From IMG/VR virus record IMGVR_UViG_3300044821_000052, positions 1 to 55,891 of that record: DNA of 55,891 bases. One strand, given 5' to 3'. Below, in pieces: positions 19,351-27,985 of this stretch (position 1 is its first letter; the number at the start of each line of letters is the position of its first letter). Under the pieces are notes generated by a model. That model made no database searches, was not told where the DNA came from, and was given only the letters and a program-made list of their open reading frames with translations. Source of the DNA: a virus. Taxonomy: Duplodnaviria > Caudoviricetes. The position numbers and the translations under genes are program-made.

Positions 19351-20304
19351 TTAGGCAGTGAATCGTGAGAGAATCAGCGGGACGGCACGCTCCATCGCCT
19401 TGCGGCTGGTCCCCTCAAGCGCACCCAGCATCTGGGAGTGTGCTGTACGGTTGGCAGATGAGCGCTCCCACTCGTAGTACTCGTCGATCGCGTTGACCAG
19501 GCCCCAGGCCGTGCCAGCGAAGGCGACTGTCTCTCGCGTGTTCCACATGTCAATGATCTTGTCAATTGCAGCATCACGCCGGGACTTCTCGGCCTTCGTC
19601 TCACGTACGACCAGCTTCAGGATTTGATGAGCATCCTCCACGTTCAGCACCGTACTGTATAGCCGGTTCACGGTGTGTGAGAAGTCCGCTCGGTACGCCT
19701 TGATGCGCTCGATCATCTGCTCCGCAGTGGTGAGCTTGTTGTTCACGTCACCAACATGAAGCATGCTCCATCGGTTCATCGCAGTGCGGCTCAGACCAGG
19801 TAGGCCCATCATGTTCATGCATCGTTCGCGCAACGGCATGACGAAGCACTCAACGGCACGAGTACGATCGTGGCTAGTCCGCACGATAGTGTAGAGTTCG
19901 TGTGCGTCCTCAAACTCCAAGGCATCAATCTTCTCAAGGCCAGGAATCTGGACCACCATGAAGCCCTGACGGCGGTCCTTGAGAGTGCCAGCCGCCGAGA
20001 TCTTGGGGTTGATCGCCGACAGGAAGTCGAATGCCTCAGCGTACTGAAGGACGCTGTAGCCCTTCGAGACCACGTCAAACTCCTCGTCGGTGTCATCCGC
20101 AGTGACCATCACGCGGTGCTTTGACTCGAGCCACGAGCCGTCAGACAGTTGACGCTGGATGGGCCGCAGCGAGACGGTGAAGTCCATGCTGGACAACTTG
20201 ATCGCGTGCTCGACACTGACCGGCTCTTCGGTCAGCTCGCCAAGCCGGGCCCATGGTACCTGCCGTGCTGTGAACTGCTGGTCAACCTGGGTCACTTGAA
20301 CCAT
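19351..20304 (-). CDS. DUF932 / phage-plasmid LGT family protein
   Basis: RQVPW..LG, YSVLQY.EAFDF, SHD, RERCMN, GTAWGLVNA. Confidence 0.8.
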   Translation of the reverse strand: MVQVTQVDQQFTARQVPWARLGELTEEPVSVEHAIKLSSMDFTVSLRPIQRQLSDGSWLESKHRVMVTADDTDEEFDVVSKGYSVLQYAEAFDFLSAINPKISAAGTLKDRRQGFMVVQIPGLEKIDALEFEDAHELYTIVRTSHDRTRAVECFVMPLRERCMNMMGLPGLSRTAMNRWSMLHVGDVNNKLTTAEQMIERIKAYRADFSHTVNRLYSTVLNVEDAHQILKLVVRETKAEKSRRDAAIDKIIDMWNTRETVAFAGTAWGLVNAIDEYYEWERSSANRTAHSQMLGALEGTSRKAMERAVPLILSRFTA

Positions 20305-20312
20305 CTCCTTGA

Positions 20313-20393
20313 TCTCGTTTTTCCTTGTTTGCTGTACTGCTTAATCATATCGCACGATGTGGAGTTTTGACACACTTTGCTTAAAAAATCTTG
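20313..20393 (-). promoter_or_regulatory. Repeated leftward promoter, copy 3
   Basis: Minus strand AAGATTTTT..TGTCAA-17-TATGAT-TAAGCAGTACAGCAAAC. Confidence 0.7.
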
Positions 20394-20671
20394 CCCAACT
20401 TGTTGATGGCGCACGTGACGACGCCCTGAGGAAGATTCGCAACTGGGAGCTCGGCGTACCGAACAGCACCACGCTCGGAGTACATCGTGTGCTTGACGTG
20501 GACGATCTGACCGCGGAAGCCGGCGTTCATCACCGCGGTAACTTCCACCCAGCTGATGGACGCGCCGAGCAGCATGCTGAACTGCATGCCCTTGAGGAGG
20601 TCGGTCAGTACCTGGTCCATGTCGAACACCTGGCCGGCGTACTTCCGTGAGACTGCACTCTGAAGGTCCAT
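20381..20671 (-). CDS. Hypothetical protein
   Basis: AAGGAG RBS before MDLQSAV. Confidence 0.65.
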   Translation of the reverse strand: MDLQSAVSRKYAGQVFDMDQVLTDLLKGMQFSMLLGASISWVEVTAVMNAGFRGQIVHVKHTMYSERGAVRYAELPVANLPQGVVTCAINKLGKIF

Positions 20672-20685
20672 GATGTTCTCCTTGA

Positions 20686-20755
20686 TCTCGTTTGCCCTAC
20701 AACTAAATAGTACCACGCTGTGAGGCAAATGAACACATCAGATCACAAGATCTTT
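20686..20755 (-). promoter_or_regulatory. Repeated leftward promoter, copy 4 (diverged)
   Basis: Minus strand AAGATCTT..TGTTCA..TGG-TACTAT..GGCAAAC. Confidence 0.55.
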
Positions 20756-21185
20756 AAGATGTCCACTCAGGTGTGCAGTCCAGGTCGATCGCCGGTGGCA
20801 GGACCTGGTCTGATGCCTCCAGATGCTCCAGGATCTCGGCTACTCGCCCGCTGGGTGGTTCCTCCAGTGTTGGCTTCGCGTGCACTCTGAGGAAGTCTGC
20901 GCGATCGTGGAATGCCTGTGCAACCATCAACGCTAGGCTGCGGCCGGGCTCCTCGTCACACTGTGCAGCAATATCGAGCCAGTGCGCCTGCGCGTCCAGC
21001 ATCGCGGCACGCGCTTCGCCGAGGACCAGCACAAGCTGCCGACCCTCCTGAACGAGTGCAGCAGACATCATCGCGACAGCCGCGTGAAGTGCATCGGTGT
21101 CACCACTATCGTAAGCCGCAAACACTTCGAGCCAGTTGTCGTCAAAGTCAAGAAGTTCGATGTTCTCGACGTGAATCTCCGTCAT
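20754..21185 (-). CDS. Hypothetical protein
   Basis: 143-aa acidic ORF with GAGG RBS. Confidence 0.65.
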   Translation of the reverse strand: MTEIHVENIELLDFDDNWLEVFAAYDSGDTDALHAAVAMMSAALVQEGRQLVLVLGEARAAMLDAQAHWLDIAAQCDEEPGRSLALMVAQAFHDRADFLRVHAKPTLEEPPSGRVAEILEHLEASDQVLPPAIDLDCTPEWTS

Positions 21186-21299
21186 GATGCATCCTCATTC
21201 ATTCTCGTTGGTTTCGTACTGGGCTACCCCACCCAGCCTCCGGACTACTGACGCCCACCGCTGCACCTAAAGCGACTCCGGACCGTCTTATGTCATTGC

Positions 21300-21482
21300 C
21301 TAGTCTTCACGACCGCCAGTCTGTCGATCGCCTACACCACGTGCCACACGCTCAGGTGAATTCACGAAGAAGCTTCCTTCGCGGTTCGGGTCGTCTTGTG
21401 CATTACTTGTGACGTGCCTGCCTCGTGTACCAGTCCCATACGTATTGATGTCAGCTGTCTCATCACTTGAATGCTTCCCCAT
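21300..21482 (-). CDS. Small hypothetical protein
   Basis: GGGGAG RBS, 60 aa starting MGKHS. Confidence 0.55.
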   Translation of the reverse strand: MGKHSSDETADINTYGTGTRGRHVTSNAQDDPNREGSFFVNSPERVARGVGDRQTGGRED

Positions 21483-21529
21483 TGTGCTGCTCCCCGCTGT
21501 GAATAGATAAACAGATCATCTGTTAATCG

Positions 21530-21602
21530 TACCCGTGGTGCGATTCGAACGCACGCTGTAGCGATTTTAAGTCGCTTGCCTCTGCCGCTGGGCTACACGG
21601 GC
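21530..21602 (-). tRNA. tRNA-Leu, anticodon UAA, short variable arm, no encoded CCA
   Basis: GCCCGTG TA GCCCAGCGGCAGAGGC A AGCGA CT TAA AA TCGCT ACAGC GTGCG TTCGAAT CGCAC CACGGGT A folds as a cloverleaf. Confidence 0.9.
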
Positions 21603-21716
21603 ACTTACTTACGAGCAGGTGATCGTGCTCTTGTGTACCACGTAGTGACTGCTGACGCCGCAACCCTTCACGGCTGGGCGCCAGTACGGCTTGGCACCAG
21701 TGTCCGACTCTTCTCG

Positions 21717-21983
21717 TTACTTCTTGCAGGTAGCATTGCCGGATGCATCGATGGTGTAGTGGCTTCCAACCTTGCAGCCGTCGATGTGCTTCACCCAGCG
21801 GCTGTGCCACAGATTCTCCTTATCCGACTTGAGGTGATCCTGCAACTGCAATCCGTATGCAGTGTCATTATCCATGATCCGATCCACGACGCCAGTCTCA
21901 GGCGTGGAGTTATCACCGATGCACGATGCCGTTGCACCGGAGAATGCTAGCACCAGAACTGCAAACGCCAGGATCTTTCGCAT
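21717..21983 (-). CDS. Small secreted protein / putative lipoprotein
   Basis: MRKILAFAVLVLAFSGATAS-C signal peptide; two further Cys. Confidence 0.6.
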   Translation of the reverse strand: MRKILAFAVLVLAFSGATASCIGDNSTPETGVVDRIMDNDTAYGLQLQDHLKSDKENLWHSRWVKHIDGCKVGSHYTIDASGNATCKK

Positions 21984-21996
21984 ATTGCCTCATTTC

Positions 21997-22078
21997 TCTC
22001 GTTTTTCTCCTTGTTGCTTACAAGGATTACTTTACCACATGTCTCTAGGTTTGTACAGCCCAAGCATCAAGATTTTTT
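21997..22078 (-). promoter_or_regulatory. Leftward promoter, related copy 5
   Basis: Minus strand AAAATCTT..TGTACA..TGG-TAAAGT followed by AACGAGA. Confidence 0.45.
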
Positions 22079-22082
22079 GACA

Positions 22083-22117
22083 AGCACGACAGTAGCTAGT
22101 TTAGGTACTGCCGTGCT
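22083..22117 (-). terminator. Hairpin after lysis cassette
   Basis: Minus strand AGCACGGCAGTA/TACTGTCGTGCT. Confidence 0.5.
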
Positions 22118-22127
22118 CATCACGTGA

Positions 22128-22475
22128 TCACGAAGCGGCTGGAGGCTTGATAACTGCCTCACCTGGTGCCAACGTCACTGGTACGACACCCAGGTTGCTT
22201 GCTGGCAGGCTGACCACAAGCGTACTGGGAATGGCACCTGCTGGAGCATGTGCATAGCGACCCACGTACGATGCAATCGCTCCCATCGCCACTGTGCCGA
22301 CCATCACGAGTGCAGACGTGAACCACATCATCGTAGGCTTCACGGTGCCCAGCAGCATGAAGACGATGGGCAGTATAGCAACGATGACTGCACTGATCAT
22401 TCCCGTGACGAACGTCCGCACTGCACGCTCGACAGCATCGAATGACTTATTGTTCGTTAAGATTGTGTTGCTCAC
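22128..22475 (-). CDS. Probable holin
   Basis: Two hydrophobic helices; AVERAVRTF motif; directly after endolysin. Confidence 0.7.
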   Translation of the reverse strand: MSNTILTNNKSFDAVERAVRTFVTGMISAVIVAILPIVFMLLGTVKPTMMWFTSALVMVGTVAMGAIASYVGRYAHAPAGAIPSTLVVSLPASNLGVVPVTLAPGEAVIKPPAAS

Positions 22476-23374
22476 TTGATCCCGGCCTTCAAAGCCGACA
22501 CAACAGCCTCTACAATGAATGGCTCGTCCGCCGTAGTCAGTGCATCGTGGTGCTGCACGATGGCGGCCGACACCTGGGTGGCGATCGTCGCAATCTGTGC
22601 GTCTGTCAATGATGCTGTTACTCCGATCTTATCAATCTTCGCCTGCATCGCAGCTAATGTACCTGGGATCTCTCCCCATGCAGAGAACACTGCACGATAA
22701 ACATCGACGAGGAATTCGTCAAGTCCCTTGGGTTCGCCCTTAGAGTTCGTCCACTTGGTGCCACTCAAGTCAATGATTACTGGTTCGGTCACGATATCTC
22801 CTGGCATCCATGCGCCATAATTGGCGGTGGTAGCAGTGTCGAGGTCGAGGCTGACCCCGGCGATGGTAACGTCGTTCTGCACCTGACGAAGGACTGCACG
22901 CGTATCCCATTGCCCATTAGACCAGGCATATGTCTGCCAACCGAGGTCGACAAGCGCATGATCCAAGCAGTACTTCACAGTGGAGTATCCGCCATAAACC
23001 ATGTCGCTGTACCCAGCTGCATGGCATACGGCAGTAAATGCCGCAGCATACGCAGATAACATACCGAGGTTTGGGGACGGTTCATCGATGGCGAATGCAA
23101 TTGCGCAACTGGGTGGGTAACCCAGTGCCTTTGCAAGCTGCGCCGCAAGCGTGGCATTTTTATGCCCGCCATTGGCGCCTGTCTCCGCAGCAGCAGTGTT
23201 GTACTCATAGACAAGTAGCACGGCGATTCCTGCAGCATGGTACGCCTGCACTTCAGCCAGCGTTAGGTTCTTGCTAGGATCCTCTGACACGTACCCAACA
23301 ACAAACTGCTTACCGGCTGCCTTGGCTTGCGCTGGGGTGAGCCGTGCCCATGCTTCATCAACGCCGTTATCCAT
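22472..23374 (-). CDS. Endolysin, DUF1906 (GH25-like) domain
   Basis: GVD, FVVGYVS, KNLT..E, LVYE, FAID, YGG, WQTYAWSNG. Confidence 0.85.
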   Translation of the reverse strand: MDNGVDEAWARLTPAQAKAAGKQFVVGYVSEDPSKNLTLAEVQAYHAAGIAVLLVYEYNTAAAETGANGGHKNATLAAQLAKALGYPPSCAIAFAIDEPSPNLGMLSAYAAAFTAVCHAAGYSDMVYGGYSTVKYCLDHALVDLGWQTYAWSNGQWDTRAVLRQVQNDVTIAGVSLDLDTATTANYGAWMPGDIVTEPVIIDLSGTKWTNSKGEPKGLDEFLVDVYRAVFSAWGEIPGTLAAMQAKIDKIGVTASLTDAQIATIATQVSAAIVQHHDALTTADEPFIVEAVVSALKAGIK

Positions 23375-23814
23375 TAAGCATCACCACCTTGTGCAAATGG
23401 GATGTACATGCCGGTTGGACCTTGCGGACCTGGCTCACCCGTAAGTCCTTCTGGACCGGGTATTCCTTGCAAGCCTTGTACGCCTTGCGGTCCTTGGGAC
23501 TGGTGAAATACTAAGAGGTGTCGGTCAAATGTGTCGTTCAGTTGTCTCATGTCACGACTTAGCGTATTGATTGCATCACGCATACTGCCACCACCATTAG
23601 GTTGCATCTGCGCCTCTATTGCACCAAGACGCTCCATTGCGCCTGGTTCACGACCACGACCAGGGCGTGCTGCTCGCCCATACCAGTCTTCGCGGAATTC
23701 ATCATTTTGTCTTGACAAGCGTCGTAGTGGTTTGCCGACTAGTATTCCGACTGCGATCGCGCAGGATATGACTGATGCGACGGCACTGATAGCAACCCAT
23801 GTGGTTGCGTTCAT
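23374..23814 (-). CDS. Membrane protein of lysis cassette with collagen-like tail
   Basis: N-terminal TM helix; PNGGGSMRDAI motif; ~9 Gly-X-Y triplets. Confidence 0.7.
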   Translation of the reverse strand: MNATTWVAISAVASVISCAIAVGILVGKPLRRLSRQNDEFREDWYGRAARPGRGREPGAMERLGAIEAQMQPNGGGSMRDAINTLSRDMRQLNDTFDRHLLVFHQSQGPQGVQGLQGIPGPEGLTGEPGPQGPTGMYIPFAQGGDA

Positions 23815-23871
23815 TGGGTAAACATGACCTTTGTCACAGGCATTCCCCCATGTTCGTATTTACCAAACATA

Positions 23872-23917
23872 CAGACATGGTTCATGCTTGATCGAAATAA
23901 GCATGAACCCATGTCTG
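23872..23917. terminator. Long hairpin upstream of lysis cassette
   Basis: CAGACATGG-TTCATGCTT / AAGCATGAA-c-CCATGTCTG. Confidence 0.55.
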
Positions 23918-23942
23918 CATCAGCCAATGTATGGCTTACGAA

Positions 23943-24362
23943 CTAGACGGCAACCTCAGCTGCAGCCTCAGCAGCGACCTCGGTCTCAGCCTCGACCATG
24001 GCGTCGATCTCAGTCTGGAGCGCAGCATCCGGGTCGCCATCAGTCGGCACAACGGCCTGCTGGTCGAGGACCTGGTAGCACCAGCCACCGTTACCGATAC
24101 GGTCGCTGTGCTTGAGCCGGTACAGCGACAGGTAGACCTCGTTGCTGGGCAGACCAGTTGCTTCGATGATCTCAGCGCGAGTCTTGCCGTATCGCGTACC
24201 GTCAGCAGTACGGAACTGACTGAGGTACTGGAAGACTACCTCGTCACGTGCAGCGACAGCCGCCCGGCGGGCACGACCAGCCTCACCAGGAACCGGCTTG
24301 GCGTCAGTAGTCTGCTCCGGTGTAGTCTGCTCCGGCGTAGCTTCAGTCGTCGGCTCGGTCAC
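23943..24362 (-). CDS. Putative winged-HTH DNA-binding protein
   Basis: KTRAEIIEATGLPSNEVYLSLYRLK; acidic termini. Confidence 0.55.
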   Translation of the reverse strand: MTEPTTEATPEQTTPEQTTDAKPVPGEAGRARRAAVAARDEVVFQYLSQFRTADGTRYGKTRAEIIEATGLPSNEVYLSLYRLKHSDRIGNGGWCYQVLDQQAVVPTDGDPDAALQTEIDAMVEAETEVAAEAAAEVAV

Positions 24363-24439
24363 AATTACTCCCTTAGTAGATTGATTGGTTGATCAGTCGA
24401 GTACAATAATTTTAGTATATCACGTACTTTCGACAGACC

Positions 24440-24898
24440 TTACGACAGATATGGACCTACGTCGCATTTATCCGCAGTGCAGTGCACATTAGTGTCATCA
24501 AGTGCACGCTTGCATCGTCGGCACTTCGTCGACACGCCATCGTACCCTTTATCAATACGTGTGTAATCAATACGAAGTTTTGACATCAATGTTGTATGCA
24601 TTGCACCTGCAATGAATTCAGGTGTCATGTCTGGAAGTGCAGCGAACCACATATTCGTGATGAACTGCCATGTATCACTGAGTTCACAGACGAATGCAGC
24701 AGCACCAAATTGAGCATCACCAGCTGCCCATGACTTCCAAGATACTTCACTAAGTGCTTCACCAAGTTCTTGCACTGCAGCGATGTACATCTCTTTCACG
24801 TATGCAATGCGATCTCTATCATTCATTGCCGTGAAATCATGGCCTAGTTTGTCTTGGAATTGACGTTGTGCCTCAACCATTTCAGCAAGACGATCCAT
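24440..24898 (-). CDS. All-alpha (dimeric dUTPase/MazG-like) nucleotide pyrophosphatase
   Basis: QELGEAL..WKSW..ELSD..F. Confidence 0.8.
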   Translation of the reverse strand: MDRLAEMVEAQRQFQDKLGHDFTAMNDRDRIAYVKEMYIAAVQELGEALSEVSWKSWAAGDAQFGAAAFVCELSDTWQFITNMWFAALPDMTPEFIAGAMHTTLMSKLRIDYTRIDKGYDGVSTKCRRCKRALDDTNVHCTADKCDVGPYLS

Positions 24899-24945
24899 TG
24901 CATTCCAATCAAGTCAAATATCTCATTTAATAGATTTCATAACAG

Positions 24946-24989
24946 TAGAGGACGGAGCAGGAAGGGGAAGTTACCTGCTCCGTCCTCTA
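24946..24989 (-). terminator. Perfect 16-bp hairpin after SSB gene
   Basis: TAGAGGACGGAGCAGG / CCTGCTCCGTCCTCTA. Confidence 0.7.
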
Positions 24990-25002
24990 GTTCATGTGAC
25001 CC

Positions 25003-25692
25003 CTAGAATGGGTCATCCGGTGGCACTGGGATGTTTCCGGCAATGGCGCTGGTCGGTGTCGTCGGAGCAACAGGCACTGCAGCGACCGGAGTGGTGACGA
25101 CAGGAGCAGGCGTTCCGGTGGCCTGTGGGGCACCAGGGCCAGCCAGAACACCAGGGCCTGTAGAAACTACTGGGGTCGGAATACCAGGTCCTACAGTTGG
25201 TCCTGAGGACCCCGGACCGACCGTGTTCATGCCAGGCAGCATAAGTCCAGCGCCAGGACCAGGTTGTGCAACACCAGCAGCTGGCTCGAATGAATCGAAT
25301 TGGTTGCGGTCTTGACCCTGGTATGGCTTGATCGACACCGTTGCATTGGCCTGCCGACCAACAAGCGCTGCAGCGAGATACGGCATGTCCGAAGCAAGAT
25401 CTCCAGATAGCGTACCGAAGAAGTCCATCGAGATGCCAAATGCCGCGAAGTTGCGGAACCACATCGCAAGAGCGAATGAGTTGTCAGGCACGAACACGAA
25501 GTTGTTCATGAGACTCTTGCCATGCTTGGGCCCACCCTGCACCTCAAGATTGACAACAATCATGTTCGCACCAGTTGATGCCATGCGGTGCTCGGCCTTG
25601 ACGCACTTGAAAAGGTACTTCCCTGGGTCAAGCGGCTTGGTAGCATCATCAGCATTTTGCTTAAGCTGACCCCACGCCACAGATGACGTCAT
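25003..25692 (-). CDS. DUF669-like ssDNA-binding protein
   Basis: PLDPGKY, STGANMI; Pro-rich linker and acidic DDPF end; follows AAA ATPase. Confidence 0.75.
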   Translation of the reverse strand: MTSSVAWGQLKQNADDATKPLDPGKYLFKCVKAEHRMASTGANMIVVNLEVQGGPKHGKSLMNNFVFVPDNSFALAMWFRNFAAFGISMDFFGTLSGDLASDMPYLAAALVGRQANATVSIKPYQGQDRNQFDSFEPAAGVAQPGPGAGLMLPGMNTVGPGSSGPTVGPGIPTPVVSTGPGVLAGPGAPQATGTPAPVVTTPVAAVPVAPTTPTSAIAGNIPVPPDDPF

Positions 25693-26483
25693 GCAGTTAC
25701 TCCCTTAATCTGTGGGGTTTGTGCCCCAATTGATGGTAGCTCACCGAAGATGGCCTGCATCATCTCTGTGATATTCGGATTGCGAACGACATCGCCCAGC
25801 AGACCTTGTACCCGCTCACCACTTTCAAACTGCGGGTGATCACTCATGATGAGAAGCTTCTTGACCTTGACAGTGTTTTGGCCATTGGCATCTGCTTCGT
25901 TGTCTGTGTAGAGATATCCACAGATGTCAACCCAGTAGGGAAGTGCCCTACCGATTCCACCCTGCATCGCTGGGCGCCACTTACCTTCTTTCATCTCCGT
26001 CTCTGCAACGAATCCGACGAACAATGTCGGCAGACCAGGGATGAGGACCAGGTCACGCATCTTGCGGATCCAGTCGTCCATCTTGACGAGCAGATCGCCC
26101 CAGTCTTGAATCCGCATCTGATCCATGCCGCGGAGGCTGGCCTTCAGCTTACGCTGGGCTTCAGTCACTGAGTCAACAATGACAGAAATGAATGAATGCT
26201 GCGCCTGAGTCAGCCACATGTATATCTGCTGAAGTGTTTCCCAGGCACGAACATTCACGACACAGATATCCCAAGTACCATCGTACACAGGAGGTGGTCC
26301 TGATGCTGGGTCCCATGAGACCTTGCGTACTGGCGCACCCTTGAACCCAGCGGTACGAATGAAGCGCCAAGATCCTTCCACGTCAATAACAAGGATCGGT
26401 ACTGGTGCAGTGCTGAAGAGCGTCGACTTACCTGTCTTGCTGGGTGCATGTATCAGTGTCGACAGCGTTGACCGTTCAATCAT
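25689..26483 (-). CDS. AAA_24 / Sak4-like ATPase
   Basis: APSKTGKST, IDVEG, VIVDSVT, QDWG. Confidence 0.85.
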   Translation of the reverse strand: MIERSTLSTLIHAPSKTGKSTLFSTAPVPILVIDVEGSWRFIRTAGFKGAPVRKVSWDPASGPPPVYDGTWDICVVNVRAWETLQQIYMWLTQAQHSFISVIVDSVTEAQRKLKASLRGMDQMRIQDWGDLLVKMDDWIRKMRDLVLIPGLPTLFVGFVAETEMKEGKWRPAMQGGIGRALPYWVDICGYLYTDNEADANGQNTVKVKKLLIMSDHPQFESGERVQGLLGDVVRNPNITEMMQAIFGELPSIGAQTPQIKGVTA

Positions 26484-26491
26484 GTGTCCTC

Positions 26492-27985
26492 TTAAATCTC
26501 ATTCATCTCAGGGCTGTTGTAGTACGACAGCGGATCACTCTTGACGAAGAACTGTTTCAACATATCTTCAACGCGTGATCCATCATCAAACATGGAACAC
26601 ACTGAGAAGAATGCACACTTCCACCGACAATCACGCGTCGGATTTGGATATGCCACATCAAAGTGCTCAACACCTTGATCCAACGAATTTTCTATGTCAA
26701 TGATATCAGCAACAGTCGCGATAACACGACGCTTGTAGTTATCAAGAACATGTTGGTTATGCTGCACTTCAACACGGTCGTAGAACGGCGGCTTAGCGGT
26801 ACCAGTCCGCTTAACCTTACGAATCATGTTGTAGAGCGCACCATCACAACGCTCTTCGCCCTCATTAGTGCTGAGGAACTCAAGCAGAAGATAGTGGATC
26901 ATTTGTTCGTCAATGGGCAAGATCTGTCGCACAGTGGTGAATTCAACAAGTGTCTTGTGGTCAATGAACAACCGCACACCATCACGCCGACGTTTGACAC
27001 GAACGTCTAGCTTGCCGATGAGCCTGAATCCTTGGTACGAATTCAATGCTGAAATTGTATCACCGATGTCTGCTGTGATGTCGACCTCGACATACTGCTC
27101 TGAAGCAATGACATCAAACTCACTATCACCGCCAGTCTCAGTAATCCATTCAACATAACCTGAGATCATTGCACGTTCGAGATTGGCCTCGTCATTGAAC
27201 TTCTTCTCGAATGTTGCAAGACGTTCTGGCTCACTGGCAAGTGAGTTTGATAGTGCAGTCCAGTCCTGGACAATCAACATTTCCAATGCAGTCCGCGGGT
27301 CAGTTCGTGGCAGACCTTGCGGCACATAGAACAGCTGCAGCGCACGATGGATCCTGTTACCAATGGCAAGTGCACCAGTTGGTGATTCGAACTTCGGCTT
27401 CAGCTGGCGGTACCAACCCAACCACCACTTACGACGGCAATCCTTGAACGTCCGAAGTTCACTGTTTGAGAAGAGCCGATATCCGAGTGAACGGTCAGGT
27501 CCAGTCAGCAATCCACGTTCTAGATCATGGTCTGAGACGGCACCAGCGACCGTAGACAGACCATCCCAGTCAACACTACTAACCGTGGTTGATGGGACCC
27601 CTGGGGCCGTCTGAGGCGCCGTATTGCCGCTGCCTACCAGCCCTGTCGTCGACGTACTAGCTGTCCCAGCCGACTCCGACGATGCAGGCCCACGTACGCC
27701 GTCGGCGGAACTTCCTGGGCTGGCAGTTCCCATGTCATTGGATGCTGTAGCAGTGGTGGCAGATAATTTACTGTCGCGTCCATGTCCGTCGGCACCTGAG
27801 GTTGATTCAGTTTCTCGTAGTAGTCTTTCGAGGACTGGCTCAAGTATACTACGCTCATTATCCTTGATTACTCCTTTCATCTCAATACGCCAAATAATAC
27901 CTTGCGTGAATTCACTTGCTTCTGCAATTTCACGACGTGACATACCACGTGAACGCAGTGTGCTGATGTCTTCTTGTGCGCTCAT
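26492..27985 (-). CDS. PD-(D/E)XK (Cas4/RecB-like) exonuclease with N-terminal HTH and low-complexity linker
   Basis: SNSEL..FKDCRRKW, GKLD..IDHKT, C-terminal CRWKCAF..C; start overlaps helicase stop. Confidence 0.85.
   Translation of the reverse strand: MSAQEDISTLRSRGMSRREIAEASEFTQGIIWRIEMKGVIKDNERSILEPVLERLLRETESTSGADGHGRDSKLSATTATASNDMGTASPGSSADGVRGPASSESAGTASTSTTGLVGSGNTAPQTAPGVPSTTVSSVDWDGLSTVAGAVSDHDLERGLLTGPDRSLGYRLFSNSELRTFKDCRRKWWLGWYRQLKPKFESPTGALAIGNRIHRALQLFYVPQGLPRTDPRTALEMLIVQDWTALSNSLASEPERLATFEKKFNDEANLERAMISGYVEWITETGGDSEFDVIASEQYVEVDITADIGDTISALNSYQGFRLIGKLDVRVKRRRDGVRLFIDHKTLVEFTTVRQILPIDEQMIHYLLLEFLSTNEGEERCDGALYNMIRKVKRTGTAKPPFYDRVEVQHNQHVLDNYKRRVIATVADIIDIENSLDQGVEHFDVAYPNPTRDCRWKCAFFSVCSMFDDGSRVEDMLKQFFVKSDPLSYYNSPEMNEI

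Noticed and set aside
21200-21300. Hammerhead ribozyme
   Set aside because: CGAAAC present but no CUGANGA core
21523-21810. 95-aa minus-strand ORF
   Set aside because: Overlaps tRNA-Leu and the lipoprotein gene; no RBS
26492-27985. Cas4 as evidence of a CRISPR system
   Set aside because: Stand-alone nuclease in a Sak4/SSB recombination module; no other cas genes or array
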